NCBI GenBank assembly: GCA_963738185.1
Contig: CAVTVA010000003.1
Span: 128,076 to 192,075 of the forward strand
Direction of reading: 5' to 3'
DNA: 64,000 nt
Source: an uncultured Alphaproteobacteria bacterium
GTDB lineage: Bacteria > Pseudomonadota > Alphaproteobacteria > ATCC43930 > CGMCC-115725
Shown: one piece after another, positions 1 through 9,435 of the stretch
Layout: the number at the start of each line of letters is the position of its first letter
How positions within the stretch are numbered: position 1 is the first letter of the stretch
Notes under the pieces: model-generated
Told to the model about the DNA's origin: nothing
Seen by the model: only the letters and a program-made list of their open reading frames with translations
Database searches by the model: none
Position numbers and translations under genes: made by a program

Positions 1-973
1 CGTGGGCATAGGCGGCTCTGATCCGCTCGAGCCCGGCCAATGCCGCGACCAGCATCAGCAACGTCGAGCGCGGCAGGTGGAAATTGGTCAGCAAGAGGTC
101 GATCGCGCGAAAGCGGTATCCCGGCAGGATGAAGAGGCGGGTCTCGCCGGCAAAGGGCCGCACCGCGCCGGTTGCGGCGGCGGCGCTTTCGAGCAGGCGC
201 AGGCTCGTCGTGCCGACCGCGACGATGCGCCCGCCGCGAGCGCGCGCTTGGGCGATCTGCCGGGCGGTTTCGGCCGACAGGATGCCCCATTCGCCGTGCA
301 TCTCGTGCTTGCGCGGGTCGGCGCTCTTGACCGGCAGAAAGGTGCCGGGGCCGACGTGCAGGGTCACCATCGCACGCTCGATGCCGCGGCCGGCGAGCGC
401 ATCGAGCAGCGCCGGGGTGAAATGCAGACCTGCGGTCGGGGCCGCGACCGCACCCTCGGCGCGGGCGAAGATCGTCTGGTAATCGCCGCGGTCGCGCGGG
501 TCGCCGCCGCGCGGGCGCCGAATATATGGCGGCAGCGGCATCGCGCCATGCCGCGCCAGCGCCGCCCGAAACGCGTCGGCTTCGAGATCGAACGCCAGCG
601 TCAGATCGCCCTCAGGATGCTTTTGCGCGACCGAGGCGGCGAAATCCGCCGCGAACACCAAGCGGTCGCCGACACGCAGCCGGCGCGCGCCCTTGGCGAA
701 GGCCCGCCACGCGCCGCCGCCGAGGTCGCGATGCAACGTCACCTCGACCCGCGCCTCGCCGCGCCGGCCAATGAGCCGCGCCGGGATCACCTTGGTGTCA
801 TTGCAGACCAGGAGATCGCCCGGGCGAAGCAGGCCCGGCAGATCGGCGATCCGCCAATCCGCCAATTCGCCGGCCGCCGGGATGTGCAGCAGCCGGGCGG
901 CGTCGCGCGGCTCGCATGGTCGCTCGGCGATCAGCTCGCGCGGCAGATTGAAGTCGAAATCATCGAGACGCAT
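1..973 (-). CDS. queA: S-adenosylmethionine:tRNA ribosyltransferase-isomerase (QueA); 3' end runs off the window
   Basis: Absent from the ORF track because no stop lies in the window. Reverse-strand reading from ATG (973..971) gives MRLDDFDFNLPRELIAERPCEPRDAARLLHI...LLVCNDTKVIPARL. At the window edge it gives GETRLFILPGYRFRAIDLLLTNFHLPRSTLLMLVAALAGLERIRAAYAH, the conserved QueA C-terminal block. The + strand ORF 2..1087 is its antisense shadow. Confidence 0.85.
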   Translation of the reverse strand, partial: MRLDDFDFNLPRELIAERPCEPRDAARLLHIPAAGELADWRIADLPGLLRPGDLLVCNDTKVIPARLIGRRGEARVEVTLHRDLGGGAWRAFAKGARRLRVGDRLVFAADFAASVAQKHPEGDLTLAFDLEADAFRAALARHGAMPLPPYIRRPRGGDPRDRGDYQTIFARAEGAVAAPTAGLHFTPALLDALAGRGIERAMVTLHVGPGTFLPVKSADPRKHEMHGEWGILSAETARQIAQARARGGRIVAVGTTSLRLLESAAAATGAVRPFAGETRLFILPGYRFRAIDLLLTNFHLPRSTLLMLVAALAGLERIRAAYAH

Positions 974-1098
974 CGGGCCGATGCGCGAGATACCGGCGCC
1001 ACTCATCGGCGTCAACCCGGCGTGCGGCCCGGTTTCTGGCGGCGCCGCCGGTCGCGCGTAAACCGATTACAAAGGAATTTGCGGTAAACGCTACGGCT

Positions 1099-2565
1099 AT
1101 GACGCAGCGAATTGGAATGGACATGCGAGGATTTGTCGGTCGTGGAATCGTCCTGATCATCGCAGCTTTCGCCAGCGCTGCGGCGCAGGCGGATGACCCG
1201 ACCGCCAACGCGACGATGACCATCTCGCCGACGGTCATCGTGCTGAATAACCCGACCACGCGCTGGAGCTGCAATCATAGTCAGCAGATTGAGCTGACGG
1301 TCAAGGTGACGGATCGTGCAGGTCATGCGATCCTTCCATCCCGCAGACAGCCGATCGTCCTCAACATCTACCAGCCGCATCGCGGGCCGCTGCGCCCGAT
1401 CGCTGCCAGGATCACCTCGCCGACCGACCCGAGCGCAACCTTCACCTATGACGGCAGCTATTTCGCCAATCCGATGATCCTGACTGCGACGATGGGCGAC
1501 GCCAGCGCCAGCACGTCGATCGTGCCGCGGAACCGGTTTGATCCAGGCAGGTGCCCGGCCGGCGTCGGGCATCTGGCGATTCCCTACGACAACCCGATGC
1601 AAACCCTCGAGCGCGGCTTTTCCGTTGCCGTCTCCGTCGGCGGCGGACGATGGCACTCCGGGGTCGAGCTGGATACCGGCTCGACCGGGCTGGTGATCGA
1701 CCGGCGCTCGCTCGGGCCGCAGGCGATCGGGCCGGGCGAGCCCGGCAGCCGCGAATATTACCCGAGCGGGTACAAGATCGTCGGGAATTACTGGCTGACG
1801 CCGGTGACCATCGCGATCCCCGATGCGGCTCGGGGGCCGAAACCCGTGGCGATGACAGTCCCGATCGAGGTGTTTGGCATCGACAAGGTCGAGTGCGGCA
1901 GCAATGTCAAGACCTGCAAGCCGCCCACCGACCAGCAAAAAGCCATCGCCAGCTTCAGCCTGATGGGCATCGGCTTCGACCGCGGCGGCGCGCCGCCGAC
2001 AAACAACCCGTTCCTGCAGCCTGAAGATGTCGTCTACGGGCGGATCAGGCCAGGCTACGTCATCTCTCCCGATGAGGTTGATATTGGCTTGGATGCCGCT
2101 AACACGACGGAAAAATTTCAGTATATCGCCCTTGATCCGAGCGTCGACCGGTATGGTGACTGGTCGGGAGCAAATGGTTGTTTTAGATTTCCCGGAGCTT
2201 CGGCAAAGTTCTGCGGATCGATGCTGCTCGATACCGGGATCGGCCAGATGATCTTTGCAGTGGCGAAGGGCAAGCGCCCGTCCACGGTCGTCGATCCGTC
2301 GAACCAGGCGCTGCTCAAGCCGGGCACCGCGGTCGACATTTCGTCGCCGACGGAATCGCCGCTGGCTCTGTCTTACGGCTTTACCTACCAGCCGCACGCA
2401 GCCGCTGCCACCGTCGATCCGACGCTGATCAGATGGGCCGCCCCGCCCGCGACCATGCCGCCGGTCTTCTTCAACATCGGCCGCAGCCCGCTTGCGCGCT
2501 TCGACTATCTCTATGACGCCCGCTGCGGGCAGGTTGGCTTTTTCGACCGATTGACTGCAAAGTGA
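1099..2565 (+). CDS. Secreted pepsin-like (family A1-type) bilobal aspartic peptidase homologue with an extra N-terminal domain
   Basis: Signal-like segment GIVLIIAAFASAAAQA. Two catalytic-type motifs: VELDTGSTGLVI (Asp192, nt 1672-1674) and MLLDTGIGQMIF (Asp378, nt 2230-2232). They are 186 residues apart; the spacing is 183 in pepsin. LMGIGF psi-loop-like motif follows the first Asp. C-terminal FFNIGRSPLARFDYLYDARCGQVGFF resembles pepsin [24 protein letters not shown]. Start may be ATG 1099, 1117 or 1123. Confidence 0.65.
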   Translation: MTQRIGMDMRGFVGRGIVLIIAAFASAAAQADDPTANATMTISPTVIVLNNPTTRWSCNHSQQIELTVKVTDRAGHAILPSRRQPIVLNIYQPHRGPLRPIAARITSPTDPSATFTYDGSYFANPMILTATMGDASASTSIVPRNRFDPGRCPAGVGHLAIPYDNPMQTLERGFSVAVSVGGGRWHSGVELDTGSTGLVIDRRSLGPQAIGPGEPGSREYYPSGYKIVGNYWLTPVTIAIPDAARGPKPVAMTVPIEVFGIDKVECGSNVKTCKPPTDQQKAIASFSLMGIGFDRGGAPPTNNPFLQPEDVVYGRIRPGYVISPDEVDIGLDAANTTEKFQYIALDPSVDRYGDWSGANGCFRFPGASAKFCGSMLLDTGIGQMIFAVAKGKRPSTVVDPSNQALLKPGTAVDISSPTESPLALSYGFTYQPHAAAATVDPTLIRWAAPPATMPPVFFNIGRSPLARFDYLYDARCGQVGFFDRLTAK

Positions 2566-2586
2566 AATCGCAGTGAACCGACGTCC

Positions 2587-2629
2587 TGAAAAACGAGGCG
2601 GTGCCGCGGTCGCCCGAGTTCGGCCTCGT
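2587..2629 (-). terminator. Putative rho-independent terminator after ilvD
   Basis: On the minus strand, stem ACGAGGC (2623-2629 region) pairs with GCCTCGT (2593-2599). It is followed by TTTTTCAGG. The stem overlaps the ilvD stop codon and lies between convergent genes. Confidence 0.45.
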
Positions 2630-4368
2630 CAAATGTCGGCGTAGGTATGGGTTTCGGCGCGAGCCCCGGGGTGGGTCACGGCGCCCTTTTCGGCGTCGCC
2701 GACGGTTTGCGCATACCGCCATATGCACCCCGCCTGGTAGTCGTGGCGGCGCGGCTGCCAGCTGCGGCGGCGCTCGGCGAGATCGGCGTCGCTGAGCGCC
2801 ACCTCGATCGTGCCGGCTTGCGCGTCGATCGTGATCAGGTCGCCGTCGCGGATCAGCCCGATCGGGCCGCCGACCGCCGCCTCCGGCCCGACATGGCCGA
2901 TGCAAAAGCCATGCGTCGCCCCGGAAAAGCGGCCATCGGTGATCAACCCGACCTTTTCGCCCATCCCCTGCCCGTAGATCGCCGCGGTGGTCGACAGCAT
3001 CTCGCGCATGCCCGGCCCGCCGCGCGGTCCCTCATAGCGGATGACGATCACGTCGCCTTCCTGGTAGGCGCGCTTTTCAACCGCGGCAAAGGCATCCTCC
3101 TCGCAATCGAAGCACCGCGCCGGGCCGGTGAAGCGCAGGGCTGTTGTCATCCCGGCCACCTTTACCAGCGCGCCCTGTGGCGCGAGATTGCCCTTGAGCA
3201 CCACATGCCCGCCGGTCGGAGCCAGCGGCCGCGTGGTCGGCACCACGACATCCTGCCCGGTCGGAAACACAAAGTCCTTCAGGTTTTCGGCGACCGTCCT
3301 GCCGGTGGCGGTCATGCAGTCGCCGTGCAGATAGCCGCCGTCCAGCAGCGCCTTCATCAGCACCGGCACGCCGCCGATATCGTGCAAATCCTTCATCACA
3401 TAGCGGCCACCCGGCTTCAGATCGCCGATATAGGGGGTGCGCTTTGAGATTTCGCCAAAAGCGTGCAAGTCGAAGTCGATGCCGGCCTCGTGGGCGATCG
3501 CCGGAATATGCAACCCGGCATTGGTCGAGCCGCCGGCGGCGGTAGCCACCATCGCGGCATTTTCGACCGCCTCGCGGGTCACGATGTCGCGCGGGCGGAT
3601 GTTCCTGCGCAACAATTCCATGACCGCCTGACCCGAGGCTTCGGCGTAGGCGTCGCGCGAATCATAGGGCGCCGGCGCGCCGGCCGAGCCGGGCAATGCC
3701 AGACCGATCGCCTCCGACACGCAGGCCATCGTGTTGGCGGTGAAGAGGCCGCCGCACGATCCGGCCGACGGGCAGGCGGCGCATTCGAGCTCGTGCAATT
3801 CCTCATCGGTGAGCTTGCCAACATTATGCGCGCCGACCCCCTCGAACACGTCGCCGATGGTCACGTCGCGGCCCTTGAAGCGGCCGGGCAGGATCGAGCC
3901 GCCATACATGAAGACCGCCGGCACGTTGAGCCGCAGCATCGCCATCATCAGCCCCGGGAGCGACTTGTCGCAGCCGGCGAGGCCGACCAGCGCGTCATAG
4001 CAATGGCCGCGCATCGACAGCTCGACCGAATCGGCGATGACCTCGCGGCTGACCAGCGAGGATTTCATCCCCTGATGGCCCATCGCGATCCCGTCGGTGA
4101 CGGTAATCGTGGTGAATTCGCGCGGGGTGCCGCCCGAAGCCGCCACGCCTTTTTTCGCCGCCTGTGCCTGGCGCGACAACGAGATGTTGCACGGCGCCGA
4201 CTCGTTCCAGGTGGTGGCGACGCCGATGATCGGCTGGTTGATCTGGTCCTCGGTAAGCCCCACCGCGTAAAGAAAAGCTCGGTGTGGCGCCCGCTCGGGG
4301 CCGACCGTCACGTGCCGGCTCGGCAGCCGCGACTTGTCGAAAACGGGTCTGCGGGCGTCGTCGGGCAT
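2629..4368 (-). CDS. ilvD: Dihydroxy-acid dehydratase (IlvD/Edd family)
   Basis: ORF 2629..4467. Start placed at ATG 4368 ([21 protein letters not shown]...), with GGGGAGA 7 nt upstream. Family blocks: [75 protein letters not shown]. Confidence 0.9.
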   Translation of the reverse strand: MPDDARRPVFDKSRLPSRHVTVGPERAPHRAFLYAVGLTEDQINQPIIGVATTWNESAPCNISLSRQAQAAKKGVAASGGTPREFTTITVTDGIAMGHQGMKSSLVSREVIADSVELSMRGHCYDALVGLAGCDKSLPGLMMAMLRLNVPAVFMYGGSILPGRFKGRDVTIGDVFEGVGAHNVGKLTDEELHELECAACPSAGSCGGLFTANTMACVSEAIGLALPGSAGAPAPYDSRDAYAEASGQAVMELLRRNIRPRDIVTREAVENAAMVATAAGGSTNAGLHIPAIAHEAGIDFDLHAFGEISKRTPYIGDLKPGGRYVMKDLHDIGGVPVLMKALLDGGYLHGDCMTATGRTVAENLKDFVFPTGQDVVVPTTRPLAPTGGHVVLKGNLAPQGALVKVAGMTTALRFTGPARCFDCEEDAFAAVEKRAYQEGDVIVIRYEGPRGGPGMREMLSTTAAIYGQGMGEKVGLITDGRFSGATHGFCIGHVGPEAAVGGPIGLIRDGDLITIDAQAGTIEVALSDADLAERRRSWQPRRHDYQAGCIWRYAQTVGDAEKGAVTHPGARAETHTYADI

Positions 4369-4468
4369 CTCGGCATCTCCCCTGGCGTGTGGTATTGGTT
4401 CCGCACCGTAGCGGGCGGCTCGGGCTTGATCAATTGCCGCGCGCCGGCCTCGCCATTCGATCCACATG

Positions 4469-4513
4469 CGATCCGGGCCTGTGCCATCCGGGCCTGTGCC
4501 ATCCGGGCCGCCG
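4469..4513. repeat. 15-bp tandem repeat x3 (c[g/c]atccgggcctgtg) in the ilvD / lipoprotein intergenic region
   Basis: Read directly: cgatccgggcctgtg / ccatccgggcctgtg / ccatccgggccgccg. Confidence 0.8.
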
Positions 4514-4599
4514 ATATGTCGTGCCGGACCGGCGATTCCCGCTTGCGCCGCGGCCGCCCGCGACCCAATTTGCTCGGGTCTGCCGCGAGGAAACCCCGG

Positions 4600-4941
4600 A
4601 TGCGATACCTGTTCCTCTTGTCAGCGCTGCTGGTGGTTTCCGGCTGCTCCTCGGGATCGAGCCAATCGGCGACCCTGATCCTCGACAACCCGACCTGGGA
4701 CCGGGTCAATGTCGAGGCGGTGATCACCAAGAGCAGCGATTGCGACGAGCGGCAAAACGGCTATGTCGCGACCAAGGACTTTGCGATGACCAAAGGGCAG
4801 ACCCACAGCGTCGTAGCGCCCCATGCCGAAACCATCTGCTGGCGCCACGACCGCGACCCGAACAACCCGGTCCCTGGCGACTGGTCGGAATGGAGCCGCG
4901 CCACCCTGTTCCCGGGCCAGACCACCGAAACCGACCTGTAA
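4600..4941 (+). CDS. Small lipoprotein, unknown function
   Basis: [18 protein letters not shown] has a signal peptide plus lipobox (VSGC). 113 aa with good GC3 codon usage. It is the only coding-looking part of the long fused ORF 3463..4941. Confidence 0.7.
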   Translation: MRYLFLLSALLVVSGCSSGSSQSATLILDNPTWDRVNVEAVITKSSDCDERQNGYVATKDFAMTKGQTHSVVAPHAETICWRHDRDPNNPVPGDWSEWSRATLFPGQTTETDL

Positions 4942-5009
4942 GCCGCCGCGTCGCGCATAGAGGGCGACGGCCGCGCGCTAGCCAACCATCAACCAGAAAG
5001 GTCACCGTT

Positions 5010-5732
5010 ATGCTCGATCTGCATTTCTGGCCGACGCCAAACGGCAAGAAGGTCACGATCCTGCTCGAGGAGCTGGGGCTCAAATACAATCTGGTGCCGT
5101 GCAACATTGGCCGCGGCGACCAGTTCAAGCCCGACTTTCTGAAAATCAACCCGAACCACCGCATGCCGGTCCTGGTCGATCGCGAGCCCAAGGGCGGCGG
5201 CGCGCCGATCAGCATTTTCGAGTCGGGCGCCATCATGATGTATCTGGCGGAGAAGGAAGGCCGCTTTTTCCCGCAGGAGCTGCGCGGCAAATACGAGGTC
5301 ACCCAGTGGGTGATCTGGCAGATGGCCAATCAGGGGCCAAAGCTCGGCGAATGCGGCCATTTCCGCCGCGCCGGCCCCGACGCCGGCGACCTGAGCTATG
5401 CGATCCGCCGCTTCACCGACGAGGCGAACCGCCTCTACGGCGTCATGAACAACCGGCTCTACGACCGCAGGTATCTGGCCGGCGACGAGTACACGATCGC
5501 CGACATGATCTGCTATCCATGGGCGGTCGGCTGGGAAGCGCAGGGCCAGGACCTCGGCGAGTTCAAGCATTTCAAGCGGTGGTTCGACGAAGTCGGCAAC
5601 CGCCCGGCGGTCAAGCGCGGGATGGAGACCGGCAACAACCTGCGCGTCGACCCGGCCACCTTGACCGCCGCCGAGCGCGAGCAGATGCGCAAGATCATGT
5701 ACAACCAGCGCGCCATCCCAGCGCCGGCGTAG
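5010..5732 (+). CDS. Glutathione S-transferase (Nu-class, YfcG/YghU-like)
   Basis: MLDLHFWPTPNGKKVTILLEELGL...RMPVLVD...ISIFESGAIMMYLAEK is a thioredoxin-fold N-domain, followed by a helical C-domain (YLAGDEYTIADMICYPW). 240 aa. The upstream part of ORF 4284..5732 is non-coding. Confidence 0.85.
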   Translation: MLDLHFWPTPNGKKVTILLEELGLKYNLVPCNIGRGDQFKPDFLKINPNHRMPVLVDREPKGGGAPISIFESGAIMMYLAEKEGRFFPQELRGKYEVTQWVIWQMANQGPKLGECGHFRRAGPDAGDLSYAIRRFTDEANRLYGVMNNRLYDRRYLAGDEYTIADMICYPWAVGWEAQGQDLGEFKHFKRWFDEVGNRPAVKRGMETGNNLRVDPATLTAAEREQMRKIMYNQRAIPAPA

Positions 5733-5878
5733 ACCGAAGCCTGTTTTCGGCTGTTGCCGCCGGTAGCTAAAGACCTGATTGCCGCGTCGCCTCGCAGGTC
5801 GCTCTGCGTCCGCGGACCAGCCCGGACTATTCACGGGGCTCGAAGGAGAGATTCCAAAAACAAATAAACGGTATAGAT

Positions 5879-6712
5879 ATGATAAAGTTTCTACAAAGAC
5901 TTGTCGCAGAGCCGCCATTCCGTCTGGTCGCCCGGTCGTTTGTCAGGAATTTCTCCAAGAGTGTCGCTACACGCGCGCGGTGGGGCGCCGATCTGTACTC
6001 TGCCTATCAATTAGGCATGTTGGAGGCAGCGCGCATGGCCCAACGTGACGGGCTTCGGGGAATTACCGCGATAGAATTCGGGGTCGCCGGCGGCAAGGGA
6101 CTGCTTGAGATGCAGAACTACGCCGGCGCGATAGAGCCATCTACGGGAGTGGCCGTCAACGTTGTCGGATTTGACATTGGCTCCGGTCTTCCTTCCTTTA
6201 TCGGTGATTATCGCGATCACCCCGACCAATGGAAGCCCGGCGACTACGCGTTGAGCCAGGCGGACCTTACTGGCAAGCTCGTCGCCACGCGCAGTCGCCT
6301 CATTATCGGAAACGTAAAGAAAACCGTACCCAAGTTCTTGAAGAATGAAGATATTTTCCCGGTAGGCTTCATATCATTCGACCTGGATCTCTATTCGTCC
6401 ACGCGAGATGCTCTTGAAATTCTTCGTAGTCCTAAGCGGAAAATGCTTCGACAGACGCCGCTCTATTTCGACGATCTGGATTTGGTGTCGACGCATCGCT
6501 GGGCGGGCGAGCTGCTGGCGATCGAAGAATTCAATCGGACTTGCGACGTCGTCAAAATCGATAAATGGTACACTATCAAGGGCGGCAAGCCGTTTCCGGA
6601 GGCATATTATTGGGAAAAGATGTTCGTCGCGCACGATCTGGAAGCGATTTCTCGATATCGACCGGGCACGCGGCTGGACGGGAGACAAGACAGTAATCTG
6701 GCCGTTACGTGA
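5879..6712 (+). CDS. Orphan TylF/MycF-like class I SAM-dependent methyltransferase-fold protein in an AT-richer islet
   Basis: 277-aa ORF in a stretch visibly AT-richer than its neighbours. GITAIEFGVAGGKGLLEM resembles SAM motif I (ExGxxxG). ISFDLDLYSSTRDALEIL...LYFDDLD resembles the TylF-family DGDLYEST...DDY metal/substrate block. Function is low confidence. Confidence 0.6.
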   Translation: MIKFLQRLVAEPPFRLVARSFVRNFSKSVATRARWGADLYSAYQLGMLEAARMAQRDGLRGITAIEFGVAGGKGLLEMQNYAGAIEPSTGVAVNVVGFDIGSGLPSFIGDYRDHPDQWKPGDYALSQADLTGKLVATRSRLIIGNVKKTVPKFLKNEDIFPVGFISFDLDLYSSTRDALEILRSPKRKMLRQTPLYFDDLDLVSTHRWAGELLAIEEFNRTCDVVKIDKWYTIKGGKPFPEAYYWEKMFVAHDLEAISRYRPGTRLDGRQDSNLAVT

Positions 6713-6731
6713 TCCGGCTTGACGCGTCGAA

Positions 6732-7954
6732 TCAGGTGACCGAGGGCCAGGTTACTGGGCCAGCGCTCGTGGAAGGGTCGGTCAGCCGCGCCAGCTTGCG
6801 CTCGGCGAGGCGGGCGTAGAGGCTGGCGCCGAACGGCAGGGCGGCGTCGTTGAAATCGTAGCCGGGGTTGTGGACTTCGCAGCCGCCCACCGCTCCCTCG
6901 CCATTGCCGATCTGGATGTAGGCGCCGGGCCGATGTTCGAGCATGTAGGAGAAATCCTCCGAGGCCATCACCAGATTGCCGTCGCGGTTGACGTTGCCCT
7001 CGCCGACCAGCTCGGCCGCGGCATCGGCGATAAAGCGGGTTTCGGCCTCATTGTTGACCAAGGGCGGAAAGATCACGCGGAAATCGAGCTCGGCCGTCGC
7101 GCCAAAGCCGCCGGCGACGCCCGCGGCGATGCGGCGCATGTTCTGCTCGATCGAGCGCCATCGTGTCGCGGCTGAAGCAGCGCGCGGTGCCGCGGATCAC
7201 GGCATGCTCGGGGATCACGTTGTAGGCTTCGCCGGCATGGATCTGGGTCACGCTCAGGACCGCGGTGTCGAGCGGGCGGACATTGCGCGAGATGATCGTC
7301 TGCAACGCGATCGCGATGTGGCTGGCGGCGACGACCGGGTCGATCCCGGATTCGGGACGCGCGCCATGCGCCCCCCGGCCGGTGACCGCGATGTCGAAAT
7401 AGGCGCCGCCCGCCATCATCGGCCCGGTGCGGATCTCGAAATTTGCCGACCGCCAGCCCCGGCCGGTTGTGCATGCCAAAGATCGCGTCGCACGGGAAAC
7501 GGTCGAACAGGCCGTCCGCAACCATTGCCGCACCACCGCCGAGCCCCTCTTCGGCCGGCTGGAAGATCAGATGCACGGTGCCGTCGAAATCGCGCGTCGC
7601 GGCGAGATAGCGGGCGGCGCCGAGCAGCATCGTCGTGTGCCCGTCATGACCGCAGGCATGCATCCGGCCTTGATGCTGCGACCGGTAGGGGAGGTTGGTC
7701 GCCTCCTCGATCGGCAGGCAATCCATGTCGGCGCGCAGCCCAATCGAACGCGGCGAGTTGCCGGCGCGCAGCCGGCCGACGACCCCGGTCTTGCCGATGC
7801 CGCGGAACACCTTGCAACCGAATTCGGCGAGCTTTTGCGCGACGAAATCGGCGGTGCGCTGCTCCTCAAAGCCGAGCTCGGGATGGGCGTGGATATCGTG
7901 CCGCCATGCCATCAGCTCGTCGTGAAATTCCACGATCCGGCCGATCACCGCCAT
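6732..7954 (-). pseudogene. M20D amidohydrolase (hippurate hydrolase / aminoacylase-like) with two +1 frameshifts
   Basis: Three minus-strand frames join into one M20 protein. First frame: MAVIGRIVEFHDELMAWRHDIHAHPELGFEE...HACGHDGHTTMLLGAARYL...FGMHNRPGLAVGKF. Second frame: EIRTGPMMAGGAYFDIAVTGRGAHGARPESGIDPV...VIRGTARCFSRDTMAL. Third frame: IEQNMRRIAAGVAGGFGATAELDF...ASEDFSYML. Extra bases lie near 7437-7440 (aaatttCgagatc) and near 7150-7155 (ctcGatcgag). Length 1223 nt is 3n+2. Start ATG 7954 has AGGAGGG upstream. Confidence 0.75.
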
Positions 7955-8063
7955 GCCTCGCCCTCCTGCCATTTGCGCCAAGTGTCGCCGAGAGCGGGCT
8001 TTCGTGCAATCCGGCCGCACGCCTATAGTGGCCGGCAATGCCTTTCGAGAGGAGTGACGAGCG

Positions 8064-9296
8064 ATGGCAGCGATTGAAGGCGTGGAGCTCGATTGTCTCC
8101 AGGGCGTGCGGGTGGTGGACTTTACCCAGTTTGAGGCGGGGCCGTCCTGCACCGAGTCGCTGGCTTGGCTCGGCGCCGAGGTGGTCAAGATCGAGAACCC
8201 GAAGACCGGCGATCCGGGACGGCGGCTGCGCCCCGGCCACCCCGATGACGACCCGTGGTATTTCCACCAGTTCAACGCCAACAAGAAATCGCTGACGTTG
8301 AACCTCAAATCGCCGCGCGGGCTCGAAATCGTCAAGGAGATGCTGAAAAAGGCCGACATCACGGTCGAGAATATGGCGCCCGGCACGATCGAGCGGCTGG
8401 GCCTCGGCTACGACGTGATCAAAGAGCTGAACCCGGGCATCATCTATTGCCAGGTCAAGGGGTTTGGCGCCGGCAGCCCGTACGAGAAGAACCTCGCCTT
8501 TGACATGATCGCGCAGGCCGCGGGCGGCCCGATCAGCGTCACCGGCGAGGCCGACCGGCCGCCGGTCAAGCCGGGCCCGTCGTTTGGCGACACCGGCACC
8601 GGCATGCTGATGGCGATCAGCATCCTTGCCGCCCTGCGCCAGCGCGACCGCACCGGCAAAGGCCGGCGGCTGCAGGTGGCGATGCAGGACGCGATGGTGC
8701 ATTACATGCGGGTGCCGTTCTCGCGCACGCAGCTCTCCGGCAAGGCGCAGCTGCGCGGCGGCAGCAGCCGGTCGAGCGCGCTCTTGGCGCCCTCGGCGCT
8801 CTACCCGTGCAAGCCCGGCGGGCCAAACGACTACGTCTATGTCTTCACCAGCCGCGCCAACCCCGAGCACTGGACGCGCCTCCTCAAGGTGATCGGCCGC
8901 GAGGATCTGATCGGCGACAAGCGCTATGAGACCGGGCCGGCGCGCGGCCAGCGGGTGGACGAGGTTGACGAGCTGATCGCCACCTGGACCCGGCAGCACA
9001 CCAAGGAAGAGGCGATGAAGATCATCGGCGAGGCCGGGGTGCCGGCGGGCGCGGTGTTCGACACGCTCGAGCTCTTGAACGACCCCTCGCTCGCCGAGCG
9101 CGGCATTATGCAGGAGGTCGAGCACCCGACCACCGGCCACTACAAGATGCCGGCCTGGCCGGTGCGCTTTGACGGCGCGCCGCCCAAGGTCAAGCCGTCG
9201 CCGCTGTTGGGCCAGCACAATGCCGAGGTGCTGCAGCAATGGCTCGGCATCGGCACCGCCGAGGTCGAGGCGCTGCGCACCGAGGGCATCGTCTGA
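8064..9296 (+). CDS. Family III CoA-transferase (CaiB/BaiF, Frc-like), paralogue 1
   Basis: VRVVDFTQFEAGPSCTESLAWLGAEVVKIENP..., NKKSLTLNLKSPRG, ADITVENMAPGTIERLGL, FGDTGTGMLMAISILAAL, C-terminal LLGQHNAEVL. GAGGAG RBS upstream. Confidence 0.85.
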   Translation: MAAIEGVELDCLQGVRVVDFTQFEAGPSCTESLAWLGAEVVKIENPKTGDPGRRLRPGHPDDDPWYFHQFNANKKSLTLNLKSPRGLEIVKEMLKKADITVENMAPGTIERLGLGYDVIKELNPGIIYCQVKGFGAGSPYEKNLAFDMIAQAAGGPISVTGEADRPPVKPGPSFGDTGTGMLMAISILAALRQRDRTGKGRRLQVAMQDAMVHYMRVPFSRTQLSGKAQLRGGSSRSSALLAPSALYPCKPGGPNDYVYVFTSRANPEHWTRLLKVIGREDLIGDKRYETGPARGQRVDEVDELIATWTRQHTKEEAMKIIGEAGVPAGAVFDTLELLNDPSLAERGIMQEVEHPTTGHYKMPAWPVRFDGAPPKVKPSPLLGQHNAEVLQQWLGIGTAEVEALRTEGIV

Positions 9297-9312
9297 CCCG
9301 CTGGCGTGGAAT

Positions 9313-9411
9313 CCTTCGAGACGCCCGCTGGCGCGGGCTCCTCAGGATGAGGATGTCGTTTTCTCAAAGACGTGCCTCACCCCGAGGAGGCCCGGAGGGC
9401 CGTCTCGAAGG
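9313..9411. repeat. REP-type palindromic element (arms ccttcgagacg / cgtctcgaagg)
   Basis: Inverted arms at both ends, with internal gctcctcaggatgagg and ccccgaggagg segments. Located in the intergenic region. Confidence 0.55.
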
Positions 9412-9435
9412 GTCTGAAACCCAAGGAGACCCGCG

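Noticed and set aside
2-1087. Long + strand ORF (361 aa), and similar long ORFs such as 1012..2397(-), 7866..9239(-), 19653..22046(-), 22462..23820(+), 27359..28666(+), 38544..39962(-), 48290..49615(-) and 55976..57298(-).
   Set aside because: Each lies antisense to, or out of frame with, a gene that has clear family motifs. Their translations are Arg/Ala/Gly/Pro-rich low-complexity strings, typical of shadow ORFs in GC-rich DNA. None shows a recognisable motif.
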